Source: Spirochaetes bacterium ADurb.BinA120 (GTDB taxonomy: Bacteria; Spirochaetota; UBA4802; UBA5368). From it: DNA of 64,000 bases. The notes below the pieces were generated by a model. That model had not been told where the DNA came from and searched no databases. It saw nothing but the letters and a program-made list of their open reading frames with translations. The position numbers and the translations under genes are program-made. Below are positions 1-10,482 of this stretch, in pieces. Every line of letters starts with the position of its first letter. Position 1 is the first letter of the stretch. The stretch lies in the NCBI GenBank assembly GCA_002069125.1, contig MVZN01000001.1, positions 71,696 through 135,695 of the forward strand, in the 5' to 3' direction.

Positions 1-1
1 G

Positions 2-562
2 GAATTCTTCTCCGTTCTACAGAAGATGGAAGGCATTCTCGGCGACCAGGTCGACCGCTCTTTAAAGGAAAACGAGGAGTACCTTGCGGATATCGACCGG
101 ATAAACCCGCAGCAGACCCTGAAGCTGATTCAACGGATTAATTACGCGCTTTCGACACTCATCGACAGGATAGGCGAGACCTCGAAATGGAAATGGTCCT
201 TTGTCGACCTCCAGGCGCGCGTGGCCGCCATCGTGAAGAACAGTATAAATTTCTCGGATGTACAGAAATACCGCGACCCTCGCATGGAGTTCTATCGTGA
301 GCGCCAGCAGTTGATGTCCCTTTGCAAACAGAGCCTCCGCGACGCGGCCCAGCAGTTCAGGACCAAATACGAGCAATCCACAAAGGTCCCCGGCGACATG
401 CTCAAGTCCATCGAATTCCTTACCGTCCTGCGACGCATCCATGTACTTTTCGGGGAATCAGACGAGGCTACCAGGCTTAAAACCGCCATCGACGCGATGC
501 GCGCCAGGCTCGAGGCCGACGAGAAGGAAAAGGAAAAAGAGAAAAAGAGCGGAAAAAAGTAG
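2..562 (+). CDS. hypothetical protein, 5'-partial (reading frame open to window start); K/E-rich C-terminal tail
   Basis: ORF track 26..562 with no stop between position 2 and 26 in the same frame; no recognisable family motif. Confidence 0.45.
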   Translation, partial: EFFSVLQKMEGILGDQVDRSLKENEEYLADIDRINPQQTLKLIQRINYALSTLIDRIGETSKWKWSFVDLQARVAAIVKNSINFSDVQKYRDPRMEFYRERQQLMSLCKQSLRDAAQQFRTKYEQSTKVPGDMLKSIEFLTVLRRIHVLFGESDEATRLKTAIDAMRARLEADEKEKEKEKKSGKK

Positions 563-594
563 CCGATCCCCCCCTTTTAATGATTTTACTTTTT

Positions 595-623
595 TTGACT
601 TGACGCAGGAAAATAATTATTGT
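595..623 (+). promoter_or_regulatory. sigma70-like promoter of hrcA operon (TTGACT -35 at 595-600; TATTGT-like -10 near 618-623)
   Basis: sequence motifs with ~17 nt spacing immediately upstream of CIRCE and hrcA. Confidence 0.4.
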
Positions 624-629
624 AAATTA

Positions 630-656
630 TTAGCACTCAATCGTATAGAGTGCTAA
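630..656 (+). promoter_or_regulatory. CIRCE operator (TTAGCACTC-N9-GAGTGCTAA), HrcA binding site
   Basis: perfect match to CIRCE consensus, 14 nt upstream of hrcA start. Confidence 0.92.
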
Positions 657-669
657 TAACGGTAACGAC

Positions 670-1725
670 ATGAATACCGATGAGAAAATAGATCGGCCTC
701 TCAACGAGAGGGAGGCGGCCATCCTGGGGGCCATCGTCTACGAGTATATTACCACCGGGAAACCGGTCGGTTCGCGTTCGTTTGTGCACAAGTACTCGTT
801 CAACCTGTCCCCGGCGACCATGCGGAACGTAATGTACGATCTCGAGATGATGGGCTACCTCATGCAGCCGCACACGTCCGCCGGCCGGGTGCCTACAGAC
901 AAGGGTTACCGTTATTACGTGGATTCCCTTCTGGACTCCTATGAGTTCGTGATGAACGAGAAGGTAAGCGTCCGGGAGGAGATGATAAAGCGGGAGATGC
1001 AGCTCGACAAGATCTTCAGCTCGCTAACGAGGACGATCTCGCTCGCGTCACAGTACGCCGGCGTGGTGCTCACGCCGCGGCCCGATTTTACAGTCCTCAA
1101 GCACATAGAGCTCGTACTTCTGGACAATAACGAGATCCTCGCGATCCTCGTGACGCGGAACGGAATCGTGATAAACAAGAAGGTGACCGTATCGACAAAC
1201 ATAACACAGGACGAGCTGTACAGGTTCAGCAAGTTCCTTACCGGCGAGCTTGGAGGGTATTCGCTCTTCGAGATCAAGAAGGATATGTTCGATAATCTGC
1301 GCGAGGGCAAGGACGCCGAGATCGACAGGGCCATGGCCCTGGACATAGCGGAGCTTGCGCTTTCCGAGAGCGAGGACCCCGATCTCTATATTGATGGAGT
1401 TCAGAACCTTCTCCATATACCGGAGATGATAGAGGCCGACAGGCTGAAGGGACTTTTAAGGCTTCTCGAGGAGAAGAAGGTGCTTCGCGGAATCATAGAG
1501 AAAACCATGGAGCGCGACGGCGTACAGACGCTGATCGGCGAGGAGATAACGGAGGCGGAGGTCTCCGGATGCAGCATAGTCACATCCTCGTACAAAATAG
1601 GCAACAAGCGCGTGGGGGTCGTCGGCATAATCGGCCCCACCAGAATGGATTACAAGAAGGTCGTTCCGCTGGTCGACTATACTGGAAAGGTATTTTCCGA
1701 ATTTCTGACCAAGATGTCGAAATGA
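670..1725 (+). CDS. hrcA: heat-inducible transcription repressor HrcA
   Basis: 351 aa; preceded by CIRCE and followed by grpE-dnaK-dnaJ; HrcA-like N-terminal winged helix. Confidence 0.9.
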   Translation: MNTDEKIDRPLNEREAAILGAIVYEYITTGKPVGSRSFVHKYSFNLSPATMRNVMYDLEMMGYLMQPHTSAGRVPTDKGYRYYVDSLLDSYEFVMNEKVSVREEMIKREMQLDKIFSSLTRTISLASQYAGVVLTPRPDFTVLKHIELVLLDNNEILAILVTRNGIVINKKVTVSTNITQDELYRFSKFLTGELGGYSLFEIKKDMFDNLREGKDAEIDRAMALDIAELALSESEDPDLYIDGVQNLLHIPEMIEADRLKGLLRLLEEKKVLRGIIEKTMERDGVQTLIGEEITEAEVSGCSIVTSSYKIGNKRVGVVGIIGPTRMDYKKVVPLVDYTGKVFSEFLTKMSK

Positions 1726-1776
1726 AATCGAGCTCGGAGCCGATCGGACTGAAGAGCGTTGCGTGGAGGAGAAAGA

Positions 1777-2535
1777 ATGATGCGTGAGTCGAAAGAAGCG
1801 AGGGAGTTGGGCGGTAAGGAGCACGAATCGAAGAACGCCGCGGACCCCTCACGCCCGAGGCCCGGGGAATCGGACATGGAATCCGCCGGGCAGGACAGGG
1901 GGGGCGAGGGTCCTCCCGGTCGCGCGGAGAATGACGATATGATCCGCCTCGACGCGGGCGATGTGGCCGAGGTGATCAACAAAAAGGATGAGGAGCTGGT
2001 GAAGAAGAACGAGGAGATAGAAGCGCTCAAGGACGTTCTAAAGCGCAGGCAGGCGGATTTCGAAAATTACAAGAAGCGCCTCGCGAAGTCCCAGGAGGAG
2101 TACAGGAACCTCGCGATACGGGACATGTCGATGGATATTATAGCCATCAACGACGACCTGTTGCACGCCGTCGATGCCGCCGGGGCGGTCAGTGATAACT
2201 GCACCGTGGCGGAGGCCAGGACCGCGTTTCTGGACGGAGTCCTGATGATCTCCCGGCAGGTGGAGGAAATGTTGAGGAAGTATGGAATCGAGGAAATCGA
2301 ATCGATCGACCGGGAGTTCGATCCGGCATTAAACGAGGCGGTCGAGATAGACGAGAGCCCGGACGTTGAACGCGATACCATCACGAAGGTTTACCGTAAA
2401 GGCTTCAGGATGGGGGATACCGTGGTCCGGGCGGCGAAGGTAAGGGTAAGCCGGCCGGCCCGCGTGTCGGAACAGGGAGGATGTGAGGGTAGCGTTCCCG
2501 GAGACGGTGACCGCGCGGATGGAGCGCAGTGTTGA
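1777..2535 (+). CDS. grpE: nucleotide exchange factor GrpE
   Basis: GrpE coiled-coil and C-terminal domain. ATG at 1777 has a GGAGGAG RBS at 1765-1771; ORF track start 1759 is a TTG. Confidence 0.85.
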   Translation: MMRESKEARELGGKEHESKNAADPSRPRPGESDMESAGQDRGGEGPPGRAENDDMIRLDAGDVAEVINKKDEELVKKNEEIEALKDVLKRRQADFENYKKRLAKSQEEYRNLAIRDMSMDIIAINDDLLHAVDAAGAVSDNCTVAEARTAFLDGVLMISRQVEEMLRKYGIEEIESIDREFDPALNEAVEIDESPDVERDTITKVYRKGFRMGDTVVRAAKVRVSRPARVSEQGGCEGSVPGDGDRADGAQC

Positions 2536-2606
2536 CGACCGAGGCGATACAAGGCCGGAACTTGAAACATAATTAAGGCGAAATAACTTTGAACCTATAA
2601 AGGAGC

Positions 2607-4553
2607 ATGACAATGGGAAAGATAATAGGAATCGATTTGGGAACTACAAATTCCTGCGTATCGGCGATGATGGGCGGCGAACCGGTGGTGATACAGAACT
2701 CCGAGGGCCAGCGGACAACCCCCTCGATCGTCGCGTTTACCGACAAGGGGGAACGGCTGGTGGGCCAGGTGGCCAAAAACCAGATCATCACCAACCCCGA
2801 AAACACGATCCGCTCCACCAAGCGGCTTATGGGGCGCAATTTCTCGGAGATTCAAGACGAAATGAAAATGGTGTCCTACAATGTGGTCGATGACGGCAAG
2901 GGTGGTTTTAAGATTAAGACCCTGGCCGGCGAATTCACCCCGCAGGAGATCTCGGCGAGGGTTCTGCAGAAGATGAAGCAGACAGCGGAGGACTTCCTCG
3001 GCGAACCGGTCACCCAGGCGGTCATCACCGTGCCGGCTTATTTCAATGACGCGCAGCGGCAGGCCACCAAGGACGCCGGGAAGATTGCCGGACTCCATGT
3101 CGAGCGCATTATAAACGAGCCGACGGCCGCGGCGCTTGCCTATGGACTGGACAAGAAGAAGGCAAACGAGAAGATCGCGGTATACGACCTTGGCGGCGGA
3201 ACCTTCGACATATCGATTCTGGAGCTCGGAGACGGCGTCTTCGAGGTTAAATCGACGAACGGGAACACGCACCTCGGCGGGGACGATCTCGACCAGCGGA
3301 TCATGAACTGGCTTATAACCGAATTCAAAAAGCAGACTGGCATAGACGTTTCCGGCGACAAGATGGCCCTCCAGCGGCTCAAGGAAGGGGCCGAGAAGGC
3401 GAAAATAGAGCTCTCCAGCAAGGCGCAGACGGAGATCAACATCCCCTTCCTCACCGCCGACCAGAGCGGGCCCAAGCACCTCATCATGACGCTGACCAGG
3501 GCGAAGTTCGAACAGCTCGTCGAGGACCTCATCGAATCGACCAAGGAGCCCTGCGTCAGGGCCCTCGAGGACGCAGGTCTCAATCCGGGCGATATAGACG
3601 AGGTGATCCTTGTGGGAGGTTCCACGCGTATTCCGGCGGTGCAGGACCTGGTAAAACAGATATTCGGCAAGGACCCGCACAAGGGGGTCAATCCGGACGA
3701 GGTTGTCGCCGTAGGAGCGGCCATCCAGGGCGGCGTGCTTGCCGGCGACGTTCACGACGTTCTTCTGCTCGACGTAACCCCGCTTTCGCTGGGGATCGAG
3801 ACCCTTGGAGGCGTAATGACCAAGCTCATCGAGCGCAATACGACGATACCGACACGAAAGAGCCAGATATTCTCGACGGCAGCCGACAGCCAGCCTGCGG
3901 TATCGATTCACGTGCTGCAGGGCGAAAGGGAGCTTGCCTCGCAGAACAGGACGCTCGGACGTTTCGACCTGGTGGGCATACCCCCCGCGCCGCGCGGCGT
4001 TCCACAGATCGAGGTGACCTTCGATATCGACGCAAACGGGATTGTGCACGTGTCGGCCAAGGACCTTGGCACAGGCAAGGAGCAGAAGATTCGTATCGAA
4101 TCCTCCAGCGGCCTGAACGAGGACGAGATCAAGCGTATGGTGAAGGACGCCGAGCTTCACGCCGACGAGGACAAAAAATTTCGCGATACTGTAGAGGCGA
4201 AAAACGAGGCCGACTCGCTCATCTACTCGCTCGAGAAGCTCATAAAGGAGAACGAAGGCAAGATAGAGGCCTCGGAAAAGCAGGAGATCGAAACGGAGAT
4301 AGCCAATCTGCGAAAGGCGATGGAGGGGAGCGATTCGGGCGCCATACGCGCGGCGAAGTCGCGGCTCGAGCAGGCGTCCCATAAGTTCGCGGAGCGCATC
4401 TATCGCGATTCGGCCCAGCAGCAGACCGCCGGAGGAGCGCAGCAGGGCGCCCAGTCGTCGGCGGAACATGCCGAGGCGGGAAGCGGCGCGTCCAAGAGCG
4501 AGGATAATGTTGTTGACGCGGACTTCGAAGTCGTGGATGACGACAAGAAATAA
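2607..4553 (+). CDS. dnaK: molecular chaperone DnaK (Hsp70)
   Basis: 648 aa with canonical Hsp70 motifs ([28 protein letters not shown]); AGGAG RBS. Confidence 0.97.
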   Translation: MTMGKIIGIDLGTTNSCVSAMMGGEPVVIQNSEGQRTTPSIVAFTDKGERLVGQVAKNQIITNPENTIRSTKRLMGRNFSEIQDEMKMVSYNVVDDGKGGFKIKTLAGEFTPQEISARVLQKMKQTAEDFLGEPVTQAVITVPAYFNDAQRQATKDAGKIAGLHVERIINEPTAAALAYGLDKKKANEKIAVYDLGGGTFDISILELGDGVFEVKSTNGNTHLGGDDLDQRIMNWLITEFKKQTGIDVSGDKMALQRLKEGAEKAKIELSSKAQTEINIPFLTADQSGPKHLIMTLTRAKFEQLVEDLIESTKEPCVRALEDAGLNPGDIDEVILVGGSTRIPAVQDLVKQIFGKDPHKGVNPDEVVAVGAAIQGGVLAGDVHDVLLLDVTPLSLGIETLGGVMTKLIERNTTIPTRKSQIFSTAADSQPAVSIHVLQGERELASQNRTLGRFDLVGIPPAPRGVPQIEVTFDIDANGIVHVSAKDLGTGKEQKIRIESSSGLNEDEIKRMVKDAELHADEDKKFRDTVEAKNEADSLIYSLEKLIKENEGKIEASEKQEIETEIANLRKAMEGSDSGAIRAAKSRLEQASHKFAERIYRDSAQQQTAGGAQQGAQSSAEHAEAGSGASKSEDNVVDADFEVVDDDKK

Positions 4554-4643
4554 CGTGTTTTTTCCGGGGAGGCGGACGCACCTGCGTCCGCCTCACGCGG
4601 TTAAGAGTCCAAACGAAGGGACGGTTTAGGCTAAGAGGGCTTT

Positions 4644-5753
4644 GTGGCTACCAAAAGAGATTATTACGAGATACTGAGCGTTCAGAAAAACGCCTCAGAG
4701 GACGAGATCAAGCAGGCGTACAGAAAGCTCGCCCTGAAATATCACCCCGACAAGAACAAAGGCAACGCGGAAGCCGAAGAAAAATTTAAAGAGGCCACAG
4801 AGGCCTATGAAATTCTGCGCGACCCTAAAAAGCGCGCCCAGTATGACAAGTTCGGGCATGAGGGAGTGGCCGGTTTCGAGGGCTTCGGGCGCGGGGCGTA
4901 CACGGACTTTTCGGACATCTTCGGAGATTTCGATATCGGCGATATCTTCGAGGGCTTTTTCGGCGCCGGTTTCAGCGGCAAGGGCAGGGGCAAAAGGCCG
5001 CGCCGTGGCGCGGATATACAGTACGATCTGATCATCGAGCTCGAGGAGGCGGCCACCGGCAAGGAGGCGCAGATAGAGATTCCGCGCAGCGAGACCTGCG
5101 CAACCTGCAACGGCAGCGGCTCTGGCTCGGGGGCCAAACCCGCCGTATGCCCCGTCTGTAACGGCACCGGCCAGATCCGTCAGACCCAGGGATTCTTTTC
5201 CATCACCCAGACGTGTTACAAATGCCGTGGTGAGGGCAAGATAATAACCTCACCCTGTAAAACCTGCGGCGGCTCTGGACTTGTTACGAAAAAACGCAAG
5301 ATCACGGTAAAGATACCGGCGGGTGTCGAATCGGGCTCCCGCCTGAAGATTACCGGCGAGGGCGAGCAGGGGCCTTCGGGCGGGCCTAGAGGCGACCTCT
5401 ACGTGGTGATCCACATCAAAAAGCACCAGGTGTTCGATCGCCATGGTAACGACATACTGAATGTCGTGGATATTTCCTACTCGCTTGCCTGTCTGGGGGG
5501 GGAGATAGAGGTCCAGACGATTACCGGCGGCAAGGTTAAGATGAAGATACCGGCTGGCGCCGAGAACGGCCAGATATTCCGCCTTAAGGGCAATGGCATA
5601 CCCTACTTGGGCTCGTACGGCCGCGGCGACCAGTTGGTCAAGATCAACGTGCGCGTTCCGAAAAAGCTTTCACCGCGCCAGAAGGAACTTCTTCAGGAGC
5701 TCGCGCGCCTGGAGGGCGAGGAGGCCGGCTCCTCGACCAGGCAATTCTACTGA
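4644..5753 (+). CDS. dnaJ: molecular chaperone DnaJ
   Basis: J domain (HPDKN), G/F region, four CxxCxGxG zinc-finger repeats; GTG start. Confidence 0.95.
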   Translation: MATKRDYYEILSVQKNASEDEIKQAYRKLALKYHPDKNKGNAEAEEKFKEATEAYEILRDPKKRAQYDKFGHEGVAGFEGFGRGAYTDFSDIFGDFDIGDIFEGFFGAGFSGKGRGKRPRRGADIQYDLIIELEEAATGKEAQIEIPRSETCATCNGSGSGSGAKPAVCPVCNGTGQIRQTQGFFSITQTCYKCRGEGKIITSPCKTCGGSGLVTKKRKITVKIPAGVESGSRLKITGEGEQGPSGGPRGDLYVVIHIKKHQVFDRHGNDILNVVDISYSLACLGGEIEVQTITGGKVKMKIPAGAENGQIFRLKGNGIPYLGSYGRGDQLVKINVRVPKKLSPRQKELLQELARLEGEEAGSSTRQFY

Positions 5754-5773
5754 TCGGGCCCGGGCCTAGACCG

Positions 5774-6259
5774 CTAACCGGAGGAGAGCTCCAGCCGCTC
5801 CTTGAGCTCGAGGAGGAGCACTACGTGCTTGCGCTCCTCATCGATGAGTTTTTTGAGAACATTCACGGCGTCCACGTCCTTTTCGTGAATCTTCTGGAGC
5901 TCGCTGTAGTAGAGTATCGAGTCCTTCTCCGCGGTCATGGCTATTTTCAATACATCGAATATGGAATTGACCTTCGCGACGACGGCGTCCACATCGTCGT
6001 TATTTCTGAATACCCTGTCTTCGCCAAGGGCCTTAAGGTACTGATAGTATTCGTCGGTGAAGACACCGGGGGCTTCGCCCAGATTGCGGAGCATATTGCC
6101 GAAAACCTCCTTGTGGCGAAGCTCCTCTTCGGCCAGGAAGGCGAGGAGTTCACGGAAATTTGGATCGTCGAACCTCTTTCGTGCCTGGCTGTAAAAATAA
6201 TATCCGGACTCCTCTATGCCAATGGCAATATCGACCAGTTCCTTCGTTGAAAATCTCAT
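5774..6259 (-). CDS. ferritin-like/rubrerythrin-like diiron domain protein (no rubredoxin domain)
   Basis: 161 aa with paired ExxH-type helices (EEELRHKEVF, DEERKHVVLL). Confidence 0.6.
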   Translation of the reverse strand: MRFSTKELVDIAIGIEESGYYFYSQARKRFDDPNFRELLAFLAEEELRHKEVFGNMLRNLGEAPGVFTDEYYQYLKALGEDRVFRNNDDVDAVVAKVNSIFDVLKIAMTAEKDSILYYSELQKIHEKDVDAVNVLKKLIDEERKHVVLLLELKERLELSSG

Positions 6260-6301
6260 TTTCTCTCCTTGCGCGCCGTATCCTGAGGGGCGCGATCTGC
6301 A

Positions 6302-7777
6302 TTAAATCTCCAAGTTTTTAATCAATTCCATAAAAAGCCTCACGCCGTACCCGGTGGCGTTCTTAGGGCGGTAGCCCCGCTGTTTCGATCCCCAGGAGGT
6401 TCCGGCTATGTCCAGATGCGCCCAGGGGGTCGATTTTACGAAAGAGTTTAGAAAGCTCGCGCCGATTATCGTTCCGGCGTTTCGAGTGGACGAGACGTTG
6501 GATATGTCGGCTATATCCGATTTGAGGTCCTCCGCGTAATCCCCATAGAGGGGAAGGCGCCATAGGCGCTCGCCGGTCTCCTCGCCGGCCGCGTGAAGCG
6601 CCCCGGCGAGCTCGTCGCTGGGGGTGAGGAGCCCGGCTATAATCTCCCCGAAACATATCAGGCACGCGCCCGTAAGCGTCGCGATGTCGATTATGTAATC
6701 GGGCTTAAGCCTAAATTCGGTATAGGCGAGCGCGTCGGCCAGGACGAGCCGCCCCTCCGCGTCGGTGTTGCCTATCTCCACAGTCATGCCGTTGTAGGAG
6801 CGATAGACGTCGCCGGGGCGGTAAGAGTTTCCGCCGGGCATGTTCTCGCAAAGCGGGATGACCGCGTACAGGTTCTTTTTCAGCCCGAGTTCCGCCGCGG
6901 CCTTTATCGTATAAATGCAAGCGGCCGCGCCAGCCATGTCGCTGCGCATGTCCTCTATGTGTCCGGAGGGCTTGAGGTTTAGGCCGCCCGAATCGAAGGT
7001 AATCCCCTTGCCGACCAGCGCCAGAGACTTTTTACCGCGAGGGTTGCCGGTGTATTTTAAAATAGCCATACGCGGAGGATTGGCCCCTGCGCGTCCGACC
7101 GCGAGCAGGAGGCCCATGCCGAGCTTTTCGAGTTCACGGCGCCCGAGGACCGTGCAGCTTACGCCCTTCAGCCTGGCGAGTTTTTTGGCCTCCGCGGCAA
7201 TCGATACCGGATTGGCCCGCTCGCTCGTTTCGTTTATAAGATCCCTGCAGAGGAGGGAGTTGGAGCAGATGATGGAGACCTCCCTTAGCAGCCTTGCCGC
7301 GCCGGCTGTGTCTACGGAATGGAAACTGACAGACTGGACCGGGGCGTCGGTTTCGTCCTTGCGGGTTTTATAGCGGTCGAAGGCGTAATTGGCCAGATAC
7401 ATGCCCTCGGCAAGCGCACATAGGACCGGTTTCTCCTCGAGACCCTTAAGGCGCGGGAGAACGACATCGAGCTCCTTTATTTTCATTTTTCGCGCGGTGC
7501 CTGTCACCAATGCCGCGGAGTTTCTTAGCGTTTCGCGAGTGATTTCGGCGGGTTTTCCGAGGCCCGCGATTATAAGCGCAGGCCTTCCGGCGATCGGTAT
7601 AAAGGCGCATTCTCCGCTTTTCCCCCCGAAAAAACCTAGGTTTGCCCGGTCAACGATATGCGAGATATCGTCGGGGATTTCCGCGCCCTTGACATCCTCG
7701 CCGCCCTCGGGGAGAAATAGCGCCACGGTGTCCCGTTCTCCGAACTCGTGTCCTGTTTTGCGCGCAGTCAGTTTCAT
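6302..7777 (-). CDS. pepA: leucyl aminopeptidase (M17)
   Basis: 491 aa with NTDAEGRL motif and conserved M17 catalytic region. Confidence 0.9.
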   Translation of the reverse strand: MKLTARKTGHEFGERDTVALFLPEGGEDVKGAEIPDDISHIVDRANLGFFGGKSGECAFIPIAGRPALIIAGLGKPAEITRETLRNSAALVTGTARKMKIKELDVVLPRLKGLEEKPVLCALAEGMYLANYAFDRYKTRKDETDAPVQSVSFHSVDTAGAARLLREVSIICSNSLLCRDLINETSERANPVSIAAEAKKLARLKGVSCTVLGRRELEKLGMGLLLAVGRAGANPPRMAILKYTGNPRGKKSLALVGKGITFDSGGLNLKPSGHIEDMRSDMAGAAACIYTIKAAAELGLKKNLYAVIPLCENMPGGNSYRPGDVYRSYNGMTVEIGNTDAEGRLVLADALAYTEFRLKPDYIIDIATLTGACLICFGEIIAGLLTPSDELAGALHAAGEETGERLWRLPLYGDYAEDLKSDIADISNVSSTRNAGTIIGASFLNSFVKSTPWAHLDIAGTSWGSKQRGYRPKNATGYGVRLFMELIKNLEI

Positions 7778-7932
7778 GGGTATTCAAGGCCTTCCCTGGA
7801 TTGATGTAGGAGGGCTGGGTGCCTCCGCGTAAAGGCTAAGAGACCGGGGGAAATCGATTATTTCAACAAAAATTTCGGAGCCGAAATCCGGCGGCGCTTT
7901 ATTTGTATGCCAGGCATCATGGGGCAGGGGCT

Positions 7933-10038
7933 TCAGGATGCGGCTGTGGCCACCTCGAAATCAATCCTCATGGTCTCGATTTCCACGCCGATAAGGCGAA
8001 CCCTTACGCGGTCGCCGAGTCTGAAGCGCCTGCCGAGCCTGCGCCCGACGACGGTGAACTCGTCCTCGTTTACCAGGTAGTAGTCGTTTGTAAGCGTTCG
8101 CAGGGGGACCATGCCCTCTATGGGGCGCTCCATCAGCGTTACGAAAAAACCGTAGCGCGAGATACCGCTTATCACCGCGTCGAAAACCTCGCCGATGCGT
8201 TCGCGCATCAAACGGCATGACTTCAGACGGTGAAGGTCCCGCTCGGCGTTCTGGGCGATGCGCTCCATCTCGGAGCTCCTCTCCCCAACTGGGCGGAGCG
8301 CCTCGACGGAGTAGGGCGGGCTTTTGCGCTCTATGAGCGTCTTCAGACATCGGTGCACTACGAGGTCGGGATAGCGCCGTATCGGAGAAGTGAAGTGCGT
8401 ATAGTCCTTGAATCCGAGGCCGAAGTGCCCAAGCGGTTCCGTTCCGTAATAGGCCTGCATGAGCGACTTCAGGATGATGTAGTTCACCACCACTTCGTCG
8501 TCACGCCCCTTCACGCTCTCTATCACCTCCTGAAGAGCCGCGCCGATGTTCCCCACGGAGCGAAGGGGCATGGAGAGGGTCTGGAGGAATTTCTTGAGCG
8601 CCGTTAGCTTCTCCTGCGAGATGGTCTCGTGAATCCGATACAGGGTGGGAATTCCGTTTTCGCGGAGGGCCTTCGAAACCGCCTCGTTGGCGCTTAGCAT
8701 GAACTCTTCTATTATCGTATGGCTCTTGAAGCGCCGGGCGGCGATAAGATCCACGAGAGTGTTTCCCTCGTATATGAATTCCGAATCCGTCAGGTTCAGG
8801 TCCAGGCGGCCCTGGCGCATACGCCTCTGCTTGAGAATCATGGCGAATTCGTACATGGAAAGGAGAAGCCTGTCGGTTTTACCGCGTTTACCGCCCTCTA
8901 TCATACGGTGCGCCGAGGAATAGGTGAGGCGGCGGTCCACCTTTATAAGTCCCCGGTGGAAGGATTGCGATATCGGTTTTCCGGATTTATCGAAGACGAG
9001 CTCGGCCGTAAGGCTGAGCCGGTCGACCCTTTCCTTCAACGAGCACAATTCATTGGAGAGCGGTTCGGGCAGCATTGGAACGACATGGTTCCCCAGGTAA
9101 AAACTGGTGCCTCTGCGCGCCGCCTCCATGTCGAGTTCTCCGCCCGGCTTTACGAACGTGGAAACATCCGCGATATGGATATACAGCCTGTGCCCGTTGT
9201 GCCCTGACTCGAACGATATGGCATCGTCGAAATCCTTGGCGTTGTCCCCGTCGATGGTGACGGTGTAGAGCTTGCGATAATCCCTGCGCCCCTTCTTTTC
9301 GCGGGAGAGGAACTTCTTGTCGAAGGCGTCGAGCTCTTCGTAATGCGGGTGCCGGTCGGGTATGGAGTGTTTGATCAGAATGCGCTGAACGTCGTATTCC
9401 TCGTCGTCGGGCGAAAACGAGCGCTCGACCGAGCACTCCGCCATACCGGACACGGTCCTCCCGGTCAGCCGGACGATACAGAGGTCGCCCTTCAGCGGTT
9501 CGGAGGGGGAACGCCGGGCGCGGAGAGTAACCCCGCCCGGCATGTCCACCAGGCGCAGCAGGATGCGGTCGCCGAGTTTGGTCTCCACGCGGGCCATGTA
9601 GCGCTCCTTCCCGCGCCTGCGTACCTCCGTAACGCGCGCATAACACACCTCGTTTCTGATATCGTCAAGCTCGGCCTTGACGAGGTCCCCGGAATGGGCG
9701 TTCCCGATGTTTTCCTTCAATACGCCAAGCGTCAGCCCATCGTCGGTTTTAATTGTTCCGGCCCCCCGCCGGTCGATCGTAATAACGCCCTCCGGGCTAA
9801 AGCCGTCGGTGCGGGTGTAACTCCTGCCGCGCTTAAGCAGCAGGCCGGCGGCGGTCAGCCCGCGTAGCGTTTCGTCGACGATCGGCCGCTCTCGCCCGCC
9901 CTTATTTGAGGGTTTTCCGTGCCTCGAACGCGCCTGGGCGCCGCTGCGGGCCCGCGTTTGCGCGAGGATGTCCGCGTGAGTGAAAGGCCCCTTGAAGGCG
10001 CGTATGGCTTCAATGATCCGCTTGGATGATTCTGGCAT
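7933..10038 (-). CDS. rnr: ribonuclease R (RNB family 3'-5' exoribonuclease with C-terminal S1 domain)
   Basis: RNB catalytic motifs and C-terminal S1. ORF is open to 10209, but the Ser/Pro/Arg-rich extension overlaps the upstream gene; ATG at 10038 (MPESSKRIIEAI...) is the likely start. Confidence 0.85.
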   Translation of the reverse strand: MPESSKRIIEAIRAFKGPFTHADILAQTRARSGAQARSRHGKPSNKGGRERPIVDETLRGLTAAGLLLKRGRSYTRTDGFSPEGVITIDRRGAGTIKTDDGLTLGVLKENIGNAHSGDLVKAELDDIRNEVCYARVTEVRRRGKERYMARVETKLGDRILLRLVDMPGGVTLRARRSPSEPLKGDLCIVRLTGRTVSGMAECSVERSFSPDDEEYDVQRILIKHSIPDRHPHYEELDAFDKKFLSREKKGRRDYRKLYTVTIDGDNAKDFDDAISFESGHNGHRLYIHIADVSTFVKPGGELDMEAARRGTSFYLGNHVVPMLPEPLSNELCSLKERVDRLSLTAELVFDKSGKPISQSFHRGLIKVDRRLTYSSAHRMIEGGKRGKTDRLLLSMYEFAMILKQRRMRQGRLDLNLTDSEFIYEGNTLVDLIAARRFKSHTIIEEFMLSANEAVSKALRENGIPTLYRIHETISQEKLTALKKFLQTLSMPLRSVGNIGAALQEVIESVKGRDDEVVVNYIILKSLMQAYYGTEPLGHFGLGFKDYTHFTSPIRRYPDLVVHRCLKTLIERKSPPYSVEALRPVGERSSEMERIAQNAERDLHRLKSCRLMRERIGEVFDAVISGISRYGFFVTLMERPIEGMVPLRTLTNDYYLVNEDEFTVVGRRLGRRFRLGDRVRVRLIGVEIETMRIDFEVATAAS

Positions 10039-10066
10039 GCTGTTGTGGCGCGGGCCCGATTGCGGG

Positions 10067-10405
10067 CTATTCCGCGGTTTTTCCGGAACCGGTGGATGGG
10101 CCCGCAAAACGGGCCTGCTTGATCTCTTCGATTTCTTTTCTTCGTGACGCGATGGTGTCCCTGCAGTCGACGATGTTCCTGTACCGGGCCTGGACGGCTT
10201 CGTCTTCAAGGCTGATCTCGCGGGCCCCTTCCTCGATTCTGCCGGAAACGTATTCGCCGATTTCCGTATGGTTTTTTTCTATGGTGTATTCCAGCCGTTT
10301 GATCTCGAGGCTCAATTTGGCGAGCCGGGTATATTCCTCTGTTTTGTCCACCAGCATTTCGCCGTATTTAATGAACGATTTATGCGCGTTTTTAAAAAAT
10401 CCCAT
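10067..10405 (-). CDS. hypothetical coiled-coil protein (~112 aa)
   Basis: internal ATG of ORF 10067..10618 with GGGGGA RBS; heptad-like K/E-rich sequence. Confidence 0.45.
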   Translation of the reverse strand: MGFFKNAHKSFIKYGEMLVDKTEEYTRLAKLSLEIKRLEYTIEKNHTEIGEYVSGRIEEGAREISLEDEAVQARYRNIVDCRDTIASRRKEIEEIKQARFAGPSTGSGKTAE

Positions 10406-10482
10406 TCTCGTCCCCCGCTTTATACGGCCGGAACGATAACATTTGGAAGCGGCATTTGTCAACGATAAATGCCCGGACTCAA

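Noticed and set aside
2595-4469. 624-aa ORF antisense to dnaK, and similar long antisense ORFs (3140-3724, 25342-26082, 26112-26885, 32843-33637, 40569-41375, 43568-44230, 51233-52501)
   Set aside because: Typical stop-codon-poor antisense frames in GC-rich DNA. They lie wholly inside well-supported genes, have low-complexity Arg/Pro/Gly-rich translations and no RBS.
7933-10209. 758-aa RNase R with a 57-aa Ser/Pro/Arg-rich N-terminal extension
   Set aside because: The extension is low-complexity and overlaps a plausible separate gene. The conserved N-terminus starts at the ATG at 10038.
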